Assembly: GCA_041662585.1 (NCBI GenBank)
Contig: JBAZSG010000001.1
Location: 66,381-130,380, forward strand
Direction of reading: 5' to 3'
From: Patescibacteria group bacterium
Lineage (GTDB): Bacteria; Patescibacteriota; Patescibacteriia; UBA1558; GWA2-36-10
DNA length: 64,000 nt
The notes under the pieces are model-generated. The model saw nothing but the letters and a program-made list of their open reading frames with translations, did not search any database and was not told the origin of the DNA. Of this stretch, positions 1-9,297 are shown one piece after another. Each line of letters begins with the position of its first letter. Positions within the stretch are counted from its first letter, which is position 1. Made by a program: the position numbers and the translations under genes.

Positions 1-1
1 A

Positions 2-499
2 GCCACCAATATCAACTGTGGTATTATCACCGATACCAATGGTTTTACCAATGCGGCCACAAACTACAAATGTCTATACGCTGCTTCTGAAATGATCAAG
101 CAAGGTGCACAAGTATATAGTATTATTAAAAATACTCTCAATAATAACAATGTATCCAATTTACGTATTTGGGGTCGTGCTCTAGAAAGATTGAGAAAAT
201 CTAGTAAGCACGATATTGTCTATACTTGGCTTAGTCAGGCTGATTTTAAAGAGTGTGAGGTAGATGAAAGAGCAACTGAAGGTATAGTCAATTTTTTGCA
301 CATCTTAAAAGATGCTAAAATATTAATGGTCTTGACTGAAATGCCAAATAATACCATCAAAGGCTCACTTCGTACTGTCTATGATATAGATCTTACCAAA
401 TTGGCTGGACTTTTTGGTGGAGGTGGTCACAAAAAAGCAGCTGGCTTCTCCTTGCCAGGTAGACTAGTTTATGATAAAAATAAATTGAAAATAATATAA
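2..499 (+). CDS. DHH/DHHA1 family phosphoesterase (NrnA-like), 5' truncated by window edge
   Basis: Frame is open from position 2 (ATNINCGIITDTNGF...); C-terminal KGSLR and GGGGHKKAAG DHHA1 motifs. Confidence 0.85.
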   Translation, partial: ATNINCGIITDTNGFTNAATNYKCLYAASEMIKQGAQVYSIIKNTLNNNNVSNLRIWGRALERLRKSSKHDIVYTWLSQADFKECEVDERATEGIVNFLHILKDAKILMVLTEMPNNTIKGSLRTVYDIDLTKLAGLFGGGGHKKAAGFSLPGRLVYDKNKLKII

Positions 500-505
500 A
501 AATAT

Positions 506-1078
506 ATGCTTATACCAACTGTGATAGAAAAAGTACCGGGCGGAGAAAGAGCCTACGATATTTATTCTCGTCTGCTAAAAGATAGAATAGTTTTTTTGGG
601 TGATGCTATTGATGATACGGTAGCCAATTTGGTCATTGCTCAATTACTTTTTCTAGATGCTCAAGACAACAAAAAGCCAATAAAGATGTATATCAATTGC
701 CCAGGAGGTTCAGTTACAGATGGCCTAGCCATATATGACACTATGCAACACATCAAAAGTCCAGTTTCTACTATTTGTGTGGGCCTAGCTGCTTCTATGG
801 CGGCTGTACTTTTATCTGGAGGTGAGGCTGGACAAAGATTTGCTCTACCAAATTCAGAAATATTAATTCATCAAGTTATGGGTGGTGCTAGTGGCCAAGC
901 TAGTGATATAAAAATAAAAGCTGAACAAATTTTGAAATTAAAAGATAGATTAAATAAAATACTCCAAGTTCATACTGGTCAAAAAATAAGCAAACTTGAA
1001 AAAGATACTGATCGCGATTATTATATGACAGCTTCTGAGGCACAGGAATATGGAGTTATAGATAAAATTATAAAATAA
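506..1078 (+). CDS. clpP: ATP-dependent Clp protease proteolytic subunit
   Basis: [30 protein letters not shown] (catalytic Ser), [13 protein letters not shown]. Confidence 0.97.
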   Translation: MLIPTVIEKVPGGERAYDIYSRLLKDRIVFLGDAIDDTVANLVIAQLLFLDAQDNKKPIKMYINCPGGSVTDGLAIYDTMQHIKSPVSTICVGLAASMAAVLLSGGEAGQRFALPNSEILIHQVMGGASGQASDIKIKAEQILKLKDRLNKILQVHTGQKISKLEKDTDRDYYMTASEAQEYGVIDKIIK

Positions 1079-1128
1079 TTTAAAAATTACTTTCCAATAT
1101 TTATAAAATGTGCTAATATATTTTTCAA

Positions 1129-1248
1129 GGTGAGTATTGGGGTTTTTCAACCCCTCTAAAATCACTCATCTCTAGACCATCAGTGTATAACATCAATTGA
1201 TAGTTGAAAGACTTCAAAAAATGTCATGCAATAAGCTGATGGTCTTTT
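1129..1248 (+). ncRNA. Candidate structured RNA in the clpP-rny intergenic region
   Basis: Nested stems GGTGAGT/ACTCATC with GGGGTT/AACCCC, then AGACCATCAG(1174)/CTGATGGTCT(1236) enclosing further stems and followed by Ts. Confidence 0.3.
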
Positions 1249-1604
1249 AGTTATAAAATTAATCACTTTTTCATAAATATTATCCCTATAAATCACGACT
1301 CTGAGGCTCTTGATTTTTAATACGTATTATGTTATTATCAGCTTTGAGGAGAATAATATAGAAAGTCTATAATATAGTAAAAATCCTCAATAAATTTAAT
1401 AAAATTAATTTACTGTTTTGAACTTTTATTGAAGTTTTGTATTAGCCAAGCTATTTCTATTTCAAAATATTTCAAGGCTCATAAGCCAAATGACTATCAA
1501 AAATCAATTTCAAGTTATTCAAATAAACTATCAGCTTAGATAAGTTTTTTGCTTATTTGTCATTTTTCTAAAAGAAAAACAGTAAACTGGAAAGTTTACA
1601 CCTA

Positions 1605-3119
1605 ATGAATCTATTTGAAGTAATTCCCGCACTACTTATTGGTGCGATTATTGGTTTTTTTATAAAAAAACTATTTACTAGTCAAAGGGTAAATTCAGCT
1701 GAAAAAAAAGCTGAAATAATATTAAACAAAGCTAACCAAAAATCTAGTGATGTTCTTTTGGAAGCAAAAGATAAATCACTCAAGATTATTGAAGAAGCCA
1801 AAACCGAAGAAAGAGAACGTCGTAAAAGTCTAGCTGATTTAGAGGCTAGAGTAGCCAATAGAGAAAGTCTTTTTGACAAAAAATTAATGGAGTTGGAAGG
1901 AGATAAACAAGCAGTAGCCAATTCTAAACAACAATTAGAAAAAAATAAAGAAGAAATAAAAGAAATTCGTAAACAACAATTGGAGAAATTGGAAAAGGTT
2001 GCTGCGCTCAGTCAAGAAGAGGCCAAAGATGTTTTGATGAAAAATACTGAGGCTCGTATGAAGGACGAGCTACTCCATCTTATGCGCAAATTAGAAAATC
2101 AAAGCACAGAAGAAATGGAGGCCAAGGCCAAAGAAATCCTCTCTGGAGTAATAGAACGTTGTGCTGCCCCTCATACAGCCGAAACAACCACCACCTCTGT
2201 ATCTCTACCAAACGAAGAAATGAAAGGTAGAATCATTGGACGTGAAGGTAGAAATATAAAAGCTATAGAACAGCTCACTGGTGTAGAAATTATCATTGAT
2301 GATACCCCTGATACCATATTGGTATCAGCATTTAATCCTGTCAGACGTCATCTAGCCAAAAGAACTTTGGATAAATTGATGGTTGATGGCCGTATTCATC
2401 CAGGCAGAATAGAAGAAACTGTGGCTACTGCCAAAAAAGAGTTGGCTATGGATATAAAAAAGGCTGGAGAAGAAGCCGCTTACAAAGCAGGTATAGTGGG
2501 TCTAGATAGCAAACTATTGCAAATTCTTGGTCGTCTAAAATATAGAACTAGCTATGGTCAAAATCAATTACAACATGCTTTGGAAGTATCACATCTAGCT
2601 GGTCTTTTGGCTGCTGAGCTAAAGGCTGATGTCGGTGTTTGTAAAAAAGGTGGTCTTCTTCATGATTTGGGCAAAGCATTAGATCATGAAATAAAAGGGT
2701 CACATCCAGAAATTGGTTATGATCTGATGAAAAAATTTGGCTTACCAGAAGAAGTGGCTTATATGTCTATAGCTCACCATGAAAATCACCCTACTACACT
2801 GGAAGGTGTAATAGTAAAAATAGCTGATGCTATATCAGGCTCACGTCCGGGAGCTCGTCGCGATTCTTTTGAAGAATATATCCAGCGTCTAACTGAGCTC
2901 GAAGATACTGCCAAATCATTTGAAGGAGTAGAAAAAGCTTATGCTATACAAGCTGGTAGAGAAATAAGAGTATTTGTCTCACCAGATAAAATAGATGATT
3001 ATGCTAGTGAAAAATTGGCTAGAGACATAGCTAATAAAATAGAAAATGACCTCAAATACCCAGGCGAAATTAGGGTAACTATTATTAGAGAAAAGAGAAT
3101 AACTGAATATGCAAGATAA
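1605..3119 (+). CDS. rny: Ribonuclease Y
   Basis: N-terminal TM, coiled coil, KH (MKGRIIGREGRNI), HD domain (LLHDLGKA), AIQAGREIRV. Confidence 0.96.
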   Translation: MNLFEVIPALLIGAIIGFFIKKLFTSQRVNSAEKKAEIILNKANQKSSDVLLEAKDKSLKIIEEAKTEERERRKSLADLEARVANRESLFDKKLMELEGDKQAVANSKQQLEKNKEEIKEIRKQQLEKLEKVAALSQEEAKDVLMKNTEARMKDELLHLMRKLENQSTEEMEAKAKEILSGVIERCAAPHTAETTTTSVSLPNEEMKGRIIGREGRNIKAIEQLTGVEIIIDDTPDTILVSAFNPVRRHLAKRTLDKLMVDGRIHPGRIEETVATAKKELAMDIKKAGEEAAYKAGIVGLDSKLLQILGRLKYRTSYGQNQLQHALEVSHLAGLLAAELKADVGVCKKGGLLHDLGKALDHEIKGSHPEIGYDLMKKFGLPEEVAYMSIAHHENHPTTLEGVIVKIADAISGSRPGARRDSFEEYIQRLTELEDTAKSFEGVEKAYAIQAGREIRVFVSPDKIDDYASEKLARDIANKIENDLKYPGEIRVTIIREKRITEYAR

Positions 3120-3912
3120 TACTAAAATATTATTTTTTGGGGATATATCTGGAACACTTGGTAGGCAAGCTATCAAAAAAATGTCTCCCCTATGGAAAAA
3201 GAAATATCAAGCTGATATTGTCATTGCTAATGTCGAAAATCTAGCTCACAACAAAGGTATTACTCTCAAAACTATGGCCGAAATAGCTGAGGCTGGTGTT
3301 GAAATATTTACCGGTGGAAATCATATTTGGAAAAAATATGATCTAGATGATATGGCCAAAGAAACCGACTACAAAATAGCTGCTCCAGCCAATGATGATC
3401 GTTGTCCAAAAAAATATTTATACCAACTTACTGAAGTAAATAAAACTAAGCTAGCGGTGATAAATCTCAATGGTCAAACTTTTATGGATAATGAGACTAC
3501 ACTAAGTAATCCTTTTAAAAAAATTGATAGTCTGCTGAAGAAAATACCCAAAAATACAAATATCATAATAGATATGCATGCTGAAGCTACTAGTGACAAA
3601 AGAGCTTTGGGCTTATATCTAGATGGCCGAGTATCAGCAGTACTGGGAACTCATACTCATATTCCTACAGCTGATGCACAAATATTAGAGAAAGGTACTG
3701 GTTATTTGACTGATATTGGTATGGTAGGAGCTTATCCATCAGTACTTGGCGTCAGTAAAGAAATCATTATTGAAAAATTTTTAACTGAAACCAAAATCAG
3801 ACATGATTTACCAACAACTGGTCAAATTGAAGTAAATGCAGTATTATTAGAAATAGATAATAATACTCATAAGACTATCACCATAAAGTTACTTAGAGAA
3901 ATAATTAATTAA
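3109..3912 (+). CDS. ymdB: YmdB/TIGR00282 family metallophosphoesterase
   Basis: FFGDI, ANVEN, TGGNHIW, DMHAEATSDK, GTHTHIPTAD, TDIGMVG; follows rny as usual. Confidence 0.92.
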   Translation: MQDNTKILFFGDISGTLGRQAIKKMSPLWKKKYQADIVIANVENLAHNKGITLKTMAEIAEAGVEIFTGGNHIWKKYDLDDMAKETDYKIAAPANDDRCPKKYLYQLTEVNKTKLAVINLNGQTFMDNETTLSNPFKKIDSLLKKIPKNTNIIIDMHAEATSDKRALGLYLDGRVSAVLGTHTHIPTADAQILEKGTGYLTDIGMVGAYPSVLGVSKEIIIEKFLTETKIRHDLPTTGQIEVNAVLLEIDNNTHKTITIKLLREIIN

Positions 3913-3919
3913 CATAACT

Positions 3920-4198
3920 ATGAACAAAGCTCAGCTCATAGAAACAGTCGCTATCAAGGCTGGTATCAGCAAAAAAGAGACTGAGGATGTCATCCAAGCC
4001 TTTGAAGACTTGGTAATCGAAAGATTAAGGGGAGGAAAAGAAGTAACCTTGACTGGTTTTGGTACTTTTTCAGCTAGAGAAAGACACGCTCGCATGGGTG
4101 TCAATCCTAGAAATCCAAAAGAACGGATTGAAATACCTAAGGTAGTAGTACCAAAATTTAAAGCTGGTAAAACTCTAAAAGACTCTCTAAAAAAATAA
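3920..4198 (+). CDS. hup: DNA-binding protein HU
   Basis: MNKAQLI, GFGTF, RMGVNPR, PKFKAGKTLK. Confidence 0.95.
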   Translation: MNKAQLIETVAIKAGISKKETEDVIQAFEDLVIERLRGGKEVTLTGFGTFSARERHARMGVNPRNPKERIEIPKVVVPKFKAGKTLKDSLKK

Positions 4199-4204
4199 GT
4201 CCTC

Positions 4205-4870
4205 ATGGAACTAAAATTGCAAGATATAAAAAAAGATCAGCGGATCAATTCTTTTATAGACCAAACGGATAAATATCTCCGTTCTTTAGGTTATACAGAT
4301 CATGGTCGTCGTCATTTGGATATTGTCAGTGATCGTTCAAAAATGATAGCCAGTAAACTTGGCCTCAATGCCACCGATCAAGAAATAGCTGCCATAGCTG
4401 GTTGGTGTCATGATATGGGAAATTTTTTGGGTCGTACTCAACATCATTATTGGGGAGGATTATTATTTTCTCAATGCTATATAAACCAAGCTAATCCTAT
4501 CCAAGTAGCTAGAATAATCCAAGCCATAGTTTCTCATGATAAAGATGAATTAAAAATAGTAGATAAAATCACAGCTTGCCTAATTATAGCTGACAAGTCT
4601 GACGTTCATCGCAATAGAGTCATAACAAAAAATATAAAAGAAATAAAAGCTGATATCCATGATAGAGTAAACTACGCTGTAACTGATAATAATCTTAAAA
4701 TGGATAAACAAAAAAAGACTATTACCTTGTCTTTGACTCTAGATACAAAATTTACTAATATTATGGATTATTTTTCCATTTTTGTAGAACGCATGAACTA
4801 CTGTCAAAAGGCCGCTGAATATTTGCAATATGATTTTAACCTACAAATAAACAATGTCAAATTTGCTTAA
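4205..4870 (+). CDS. HD-domain phosphohydrolase
   Basis: GYTDHGRRH, CHDMGN, ADKSDVHR, DIHDRVNYAV. Confidence 0.85.
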   Translation: MELKLQDIKKDQRINSFIDQTDKYLRSLGYTDHGRRHLDIVSDRSKMIASKLGLNATDQEIAAIAGWCHDMGNFLGRTQHHYWGGLLFSQCYINQANPIQVARIIQAIVSHDKDELKIVDKITACLIIADKSDVHRNRVITKNIKEIKADIHDRVNYAVTDNNLKMDKQKKTITLSLTLDTKFTNIMDYFSIFVERMNYCQKAAEYLQYDFNLQINNVKFA

Positions 4871-5685
4871 TTTTCCAACAAAATCAAAGCATTCTTAGGC
4901 CCTACAGTCAGGGCTTTTTCTTTATCCCAATCAGCAATAGCCTCCATCAGATTTGTTTCTGTATAGACAAAATCAGCGCCATTTCTAGTACCAGGGTCAT
5001 TGGTGATGAATTTGTCATCTACAAAGCCTTTGATAACTAGCATATGATACTTTGGACCATCACCAGTAAAATTGGGATTTATCAATATATGCCCATTGGC
5101 TGGTACTATTACTGGAAAACCTTCTCGTAAAAGATTTCTTATCTTGGTGGCTGTCAAATTTGGTATCACACTTACATTATAGCCAAAATATCCTTTGGCC
5201 AATTGTCCTGTCTCCTCTATTGTAATATCATAATTGCCTTCCATAAATTTTTCTTGCCAAGCAACCATATCAATAAAAATATTTTCAACTGCCTCTTTGC
5301 TAGGCATGTTTTTATTTTGATAATAATAATCAACCATCAACAAACTGGCTTCTTCACAAGCATCTTGAAAAGGCTGATCCCAATTGGCCGTTGGTGCCTG
5401 TGATGTAAAAGGTACAGCCAGGTTAATACTATTAATTTCTGGTTTTACTGGTATCACCGGTACTTCTGGGACAGGTACCTCTACTTCTTCTTGGGGTAAT
5501 ATTTCATCCTCTTTAATAATCTCTTCCATAAACAAATCTACATCAATATTTTTATCTACAAACTCTTGATGTTCTTTGGCAATCGGCATATCTACTTTTA
5601 TGCTACGAGGATGTCTGACCTCGTATATTTTCCATACCCCAGATAAAATAACAATTATTATAATAACAAAAATATATTTTTTCAT
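4867..5685 (-). CDS. Membrane-anchored C39-like cysteine peptidase
   Basis: N-terminal TM; VPFTSQAP, QDACEEASLLM (Cys), YHMLVIKG (His), TNDPG (Asp). Confidence 0.8.
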   Translation of the reverse strand: MKKYIFVIIIIVILSGVWKIYEVRHPRSIKVDMPIAKEHQEFVDKNIDVDLFMEEIIKEDEILPQEEVEVPVPEVPVIPVKPEINSINLAVPFTSQAPTANWDQPFQDACEEASLLMVDYYYQNKNMPSKEAVENIFIDMVAWQEKFMEGNYDITIEETGQLAKGYFGYNVSVIPNLTATKIRNLLREGFPVIVPANGHILINPNFTGDGPKYHMLVIKGFVDDKFITNDPGTRNGADFVYTETNLMEAIADWDKEKALTVGPKNALILLEN

Positions 5686-5774
5686 GCTAATATATTATCA
5701 TAAATATCTATAATTGACCAAAAAAAAGAAAAGGATCAACAAATTGTTGATCCCGATATCTATGTTCTAGCAAG

Positions 5775-5960
5775 CTAATTAAAGCCCGCTGGAAAGTCTG
5801 TGGGTATGCCCGTATTGGCTAATTGATTTGTAGCTTCATTCATAAATGAAAGAAGTGTAGTGAGAATCTGTATCGCTAGATCAAAGAGCTCTGGGGCAAA
5901 TATCTTGAACAATATAAGCAGAAAAATGATATTAAAGAATCCGTAGATTGCTTTAAACAT
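5775..5960 (-). CDS. Small hydrophobic protein (61 aa)
   Basis: ORF with hydrophobic N-half; hairpin/T-tract downstream (5717-5753) and promoter-like sequence upstream (~6126-6154). Confidence 0.5.
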   Translation of the reverse strand: MFKAIYGFFNIIFLLILFKIFAPELFDLAIQILTTLLSFMNEATNQLANTGIPTDFPAGFN

Positions 5961-6173
5961 ATGTTTTTACTTAATTGCAAAGCCTAGGGAGAATACTCTA
6001 TTTGGGATATTCGACACATCCCTAGACATATGTTGTCCAAGAAATTCTCTTTAGGACACTAGGTAAGATTGTTCCCACCCAAAGTCCTAAAGAGAATTTT
6101 TATTTAATGAACTGCTCACACTTTTCTTATATCACGTAAAACAGCTATAGTCAATACTCCTATACAAAACTAT

Positions 6174-7688
6174 TTAATCAAAAATTTTAGCTCTATATTG
6201 CAAAGCCTCTAGTATGTGTTTATCAGCTATATTATCTCTATCCTCTAAATCAGCTATTGTTCTAGCTACTTTTAAGATTTTAAAATATGCCCGTGCTGAA
6301 AGATTAAGATTTTTACTGGCCTGAGACAATATAGCACTACCAGAATCTGAGACAGCACATATTTTGCGTATTAATTTGTTATCTATATCATCATTTAAAT
6401 TAAAATTATAACTTTGAAATCTCTGCCTTTGAATTTGCCGAGCTCTTGCTATACGACTAGCGATTTGAGCAGAAGATTCTAAAGTAAAATTATTGGCTAT
6501 CAAATCATGATTATCAACTTTGTCCAACAAAAGATGCAAATCTATTCTATCCAATACTGGACCAGACAATCTTTTTTGATAATTTTTAATATCATTACTA
6601 CTACACTGACAGACCCTGTCTTTATCCGTCAAAAAACCACAAGGACAAGGATTGGCTGTAGCGAGTAATATAAAATTGGCCGGAAAGTTTAAACTGCCTT
6701 TTACTCTAGAAACTGTAATTACTTTATCTTCTAAAGGCTGTCTTAAAGCTTCTAGTACTTGCCGCGGAAATTCTAATATTTCATCCAAAAACAAAACATT
6801 GTTGTGAGCCAAAGAAATCTCTCCTGGTTTTGGCCAAGAACCTCCACCAATAATAGATGACACTGAGGCACTGTGGTGAGGACTTCTGACAATACGATTA
6901 TCTATGATGGGTTTATCTTCCGATAACAACCCAGCTAAGCTATAAATTTTACTAGTTTCTAATGCTTCTTGTGATGTAACCTCTGGTAAAATAGATAAGA
7001 AAGCTTTGGCCAAAAGTGTTTTACCAGCCCCTGGTGGTCCAACCATCAAGACATTGTGTCCACCAGCCGCTGCAATTTCTAAAACTCGCTTGGCCTGAGC
7101 CTGCCCTTTAATATCAGCCATATCTACTAAATTATTCGTCTTGCTAGCTACAAAATTACCAAATACAACGGGCTTTATTGTTGTTTTATTGGATAGATGT
7201 TCTGCTAATTCAAATAAATTTTTCACTGGAAAAACATTGATACCTTCTACTACTGAAGCTTCTTTTGTACTAGTGGCTGGTAAAAATACTTTTTTAAAAC
7301 CCATTTCTTTTAGACTAGCCACCATCACCAATACTCCTGGTATAGCTTTGAGATCTCCATTTAGAGATAATTCCCCAATAAAAGCCGCATCATGCTCTAC
7401 TTCTTTCAAATCTCCATTGGCTACCAATATAGCGATAGCAATTGGTAAATCATAAGCTCCTCCTTCTTTTCGGATTTGAGCTGGAGCCAAATTGATAACT
7501 ACTTTTTGCCTAGGAAAAGAAAAACCACTATTTTCAATAGCTGCCCAAACTCTTTCTTTGGCTTCAGAGACTGCTGCATCTGGTAAACCAACTATAATAA
7601 TTTTGGGCAAATGCCTACTTAAATTAGCTTCTAACTCTACCAAAACACCATTTAGTCCATATGGTGCGATGCTATAAATTTTTTTCAT
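6174..7688 (-). CDS. comM: YifB/ComM family Mg-chelatase-like AAA+ ATPase
   Basis: VGLPDAAVSEAKERV, NLAPA, GPPGAGKT, RSPHHS, GEISLAH, ANPCPCG; start moved to MKKIYS (7688). Confidence 0.93.
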   Translation of the reverse strand: MKKIYSIAPYGLNGVLVELEANLSRHLPKIIIVGLPDAAVSEAKERVWAAIENSGFSFPRQKVVINLAPAQIRKEGGAYDLPIAIAILVANGDLKEVEHDAAFIGELSLNGDLKAIPGVLVMVASLKEMGFKKVFLPATSTKEASVVEGINVFPVKNLFELAEHLSNKTTIKPVVFGNFVASKTNNLVDMADIKGQAQAKRVLEIAAAGGHNVLMVGPPGAGKTLLAKAFLSILPEVTSQEALETSKIYSLAGLLSEDKPIIDNRIVRSPHHSASVSSIIGGGSWPKPGEISLAHNNVLFLDEILEFPRQVLEALRQPLEDKVITVSRVKGSLNFPANFILLATANPCPCGFLTDKDRVCQCSSNDIKNYQKRLSGPVLDRIDLHLLLDKVDNHDLIANNFTLESSAQIASRIARARQIQRQRFQSYNFNLNDDIDNKLIRKICAVSDSGSAILSQASKNLNLSARAYFKILKVARTIADLEDRDNIADKHILEALQYRAKIFD

Positions 7689-7711
7689 ATAAAATAAAAT
7701 CACTTTTCTAC

Positions 7712-7822
7712 CCGAGAAAAGCGATTTAAAAGCTGTCTTGATTTGAGCCCCCGCTAAAATCAAAACAAAAACTAACCTATGCCGTCCCAAAAAGGACTGC
7801 TCTACAAAACCGCTTTTCTCGG
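7712..7822 (-). other. Long stem-loop element between lspA and comM
   Basis: 12-bp perfect inverted repeat CCGAGAAAAGCG/CGCTTTTCTCGG closing internal hairpins. Confidence 0.55.
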
Positions 7823-7833
7823 TTGATGATATC

Positions 7834-8277
7834 TTAGTCTTGTCTCAAATTTTTGTCAATAGTTTTTTTATAAAGCCACTCATACCATAATAGCCAAACC
7901 ACTCCTATAGATATATAAATGTCTGATAAATTAAATATAGTAAAATATTTTATGTTTATAAAATCTATCACTCCTCCATATTGTATTCTATCCAACAAAT
8001 TGGAAACAGCCCCAATAATTACCAAACCCCAAGGCCAAATCAAAATATTTTTTTTCTGCCAATCTCTTTTCCAAAACCAAAACAATACTAGTAATATTAA
8101 TATTATAATTGGATAAAGTACCAAATAGGTCATGGGCAAAGAAAAGGCTATAGCTTGATTGATATGTAAATCAAAAAAACCACCCCAAAATTCTGAAGAT
8201 GGATTTTTTAAAGCATAGATTTTGGTAAATCTATCTAAAATAAATAATATTAAAACACTAACAAAATATTTGGACAT
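7834..8277 (-). CDS. lspA: Lipoprotein signal peptidase II
   Basis: LDRFTK, NQAIAFS, GAVSNLLDRI, GVIDFI, FNLSD. Confidence 0.9.
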   Translation of the reverse strand: MSKYFVSVLILFILDRFTKIYALKNPSSEFWGGFFDLHINQAIAFSLPMTYLVLYPIIILILLVLFWFWKRDWQKKNILIWPWGLVIIGAVSNLLDRIQYGGVIDFINIKYFTIFNLSDIYISIGVVWLLWYEWLYKKTIDKNLRQD

Positions 8278-8640
8278 TTACAATGATTTTTCCTTGCATT
8301 TCATACAAGATGTGGCTGAAGGAAAGGCTTTTAAACGATCGGGATTGATGGGGCCACCACATTTTTCACAAATACCATACTTGCCTTCTTCAATTTTTTT
8401 CAAAGCTTTATTGGCATTATAAAGAGAAATTTCTAAGGTTTTCTCCATAGATAAATTTTTTTCAAACATAGCTACTTCAGCAGCATTTTCATCATCTTTA
8501 TCTCCCAAATCAACAAATTTGGCATCATAATCATTTTCTGCTACCTGATCAGTTGAACTCGCCAATTCTTTTTTTAATTCATCTCTTCTAGCCTCTAAGT
8601 CTGCTTTTATTTCTTCAATAAATTTTGTATTCATTTTCAT
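8278..8640 (-). CDS. DksA/TraR C4-type zinc finger protein
   Basis: ALKKIEEGKYGICEKCG...RLKAFPSATSCMKC; start moved to MKMNTK. Confidence 0.88.
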   Translation of the reverse strand: MKMNTKFIEEIKADLEARRDELKKELASSTDQVAENDYDAKFVDLGDKDDENAAEVAMFEKNLSMEKTLEISLYNANKALKKIEEGKYGICEKCGGPINPDRLKAFPSATSCMKCKEKSL

Positions 8641-8721
8641 AAATTTGTTTTTAAAACCTTGTCTAAAATACCTATACATACTAGCAAAAAACCCCCAATA
8701 AATCAAGATACTGGAGCAAAT

Positions 8722-9135
8722 AAAAAAGACGTACTTCTGTGGCACGCAAGTTTTGTTTTGTTGCTAGTGGGTACGCCTTTTGGCGTTTTGATAAAATAAT
8801 TTGTGTTAACTTTTTTTAAGTTAAAATTGGTGACAAATATTGTTTTGTCAAAACGTTATTTTGATTCCCATCTTGATTTAGGGATGCTCATTTTACCATT
8901 CTATGGCACTGAGCTCCTCATATAGGAGAGAACTAGGCATTAAAAATTAACGCTCAATTCTCTCCTATAGAAAGGCTAGTCCTTTTTATTTTTTGTTTTT
9001 GTTTTACTAAGTGGAAATGATCAAGGCATTTCCCATTTTTTTGATAAAACAGTAAAATGAAAAGGGTTAAATACTAGTATTTAAACTAATATGCAATCCT
9101 TTTGAAAATTTATGTCATAGAACTACTTATCAACA
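8722..9135 (-). ncRNA. Candidate ~410-nt structured non-coding RNA or leader upstream of dksA-like gene
   Basis: Own TTGACA-17-TATACT promoter, consecutive hairpins with G-U pairs favouring the minus strand, terminal hairpin plus U-run, no ORF. Confidence 0.5.
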
Positions 9136-9140
9136 TATTA

Positions 9141-9169
9141 AGTATATCATATAATAAGCCTTCTGTCAA
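9141..9169 (-). promoter_or_regulatory. Sigma70-type promoter
   Basis: Minus strand TTGACA-gaaggcttattatatga(17)-TATACT. Confidence 0.7.
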
Positions 9170-9297
9170 TGCAATATATTAGCTAATATTAGATAAAAAA
9201 AGAATATATTTAAATCATTCTTTTCTTTTATGTCAAATTATATTCTAATATGTTAACAACTTATCCACACCGTACTAATTCACTCAGGAGAATAACT

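Noticed and set aside
7689-7790. Extended N-termini from the ORF track for comM (also dksA-like, LRR, ECF 39791, plsC, amidohydrolase, 50063)
   Set aside because: Downstream ATGs fit family starts, SD/-10 positions or avoid overlaps.
8722-9135. RNase P RNA or tmRNA
   Set aside because: GTGCCACAGAA resembles an RNase P segment, but the GAGGAAAGUCC and 3' CGGCUUA P4 strands are missing; no tRNA-like GGGG...CCACCA ends.
9261-9269. DnaA box TTATCCACA as oriC
   Set aside because: Only one perfect box and one near match (~9127); no dnaA/dnaN in the window.
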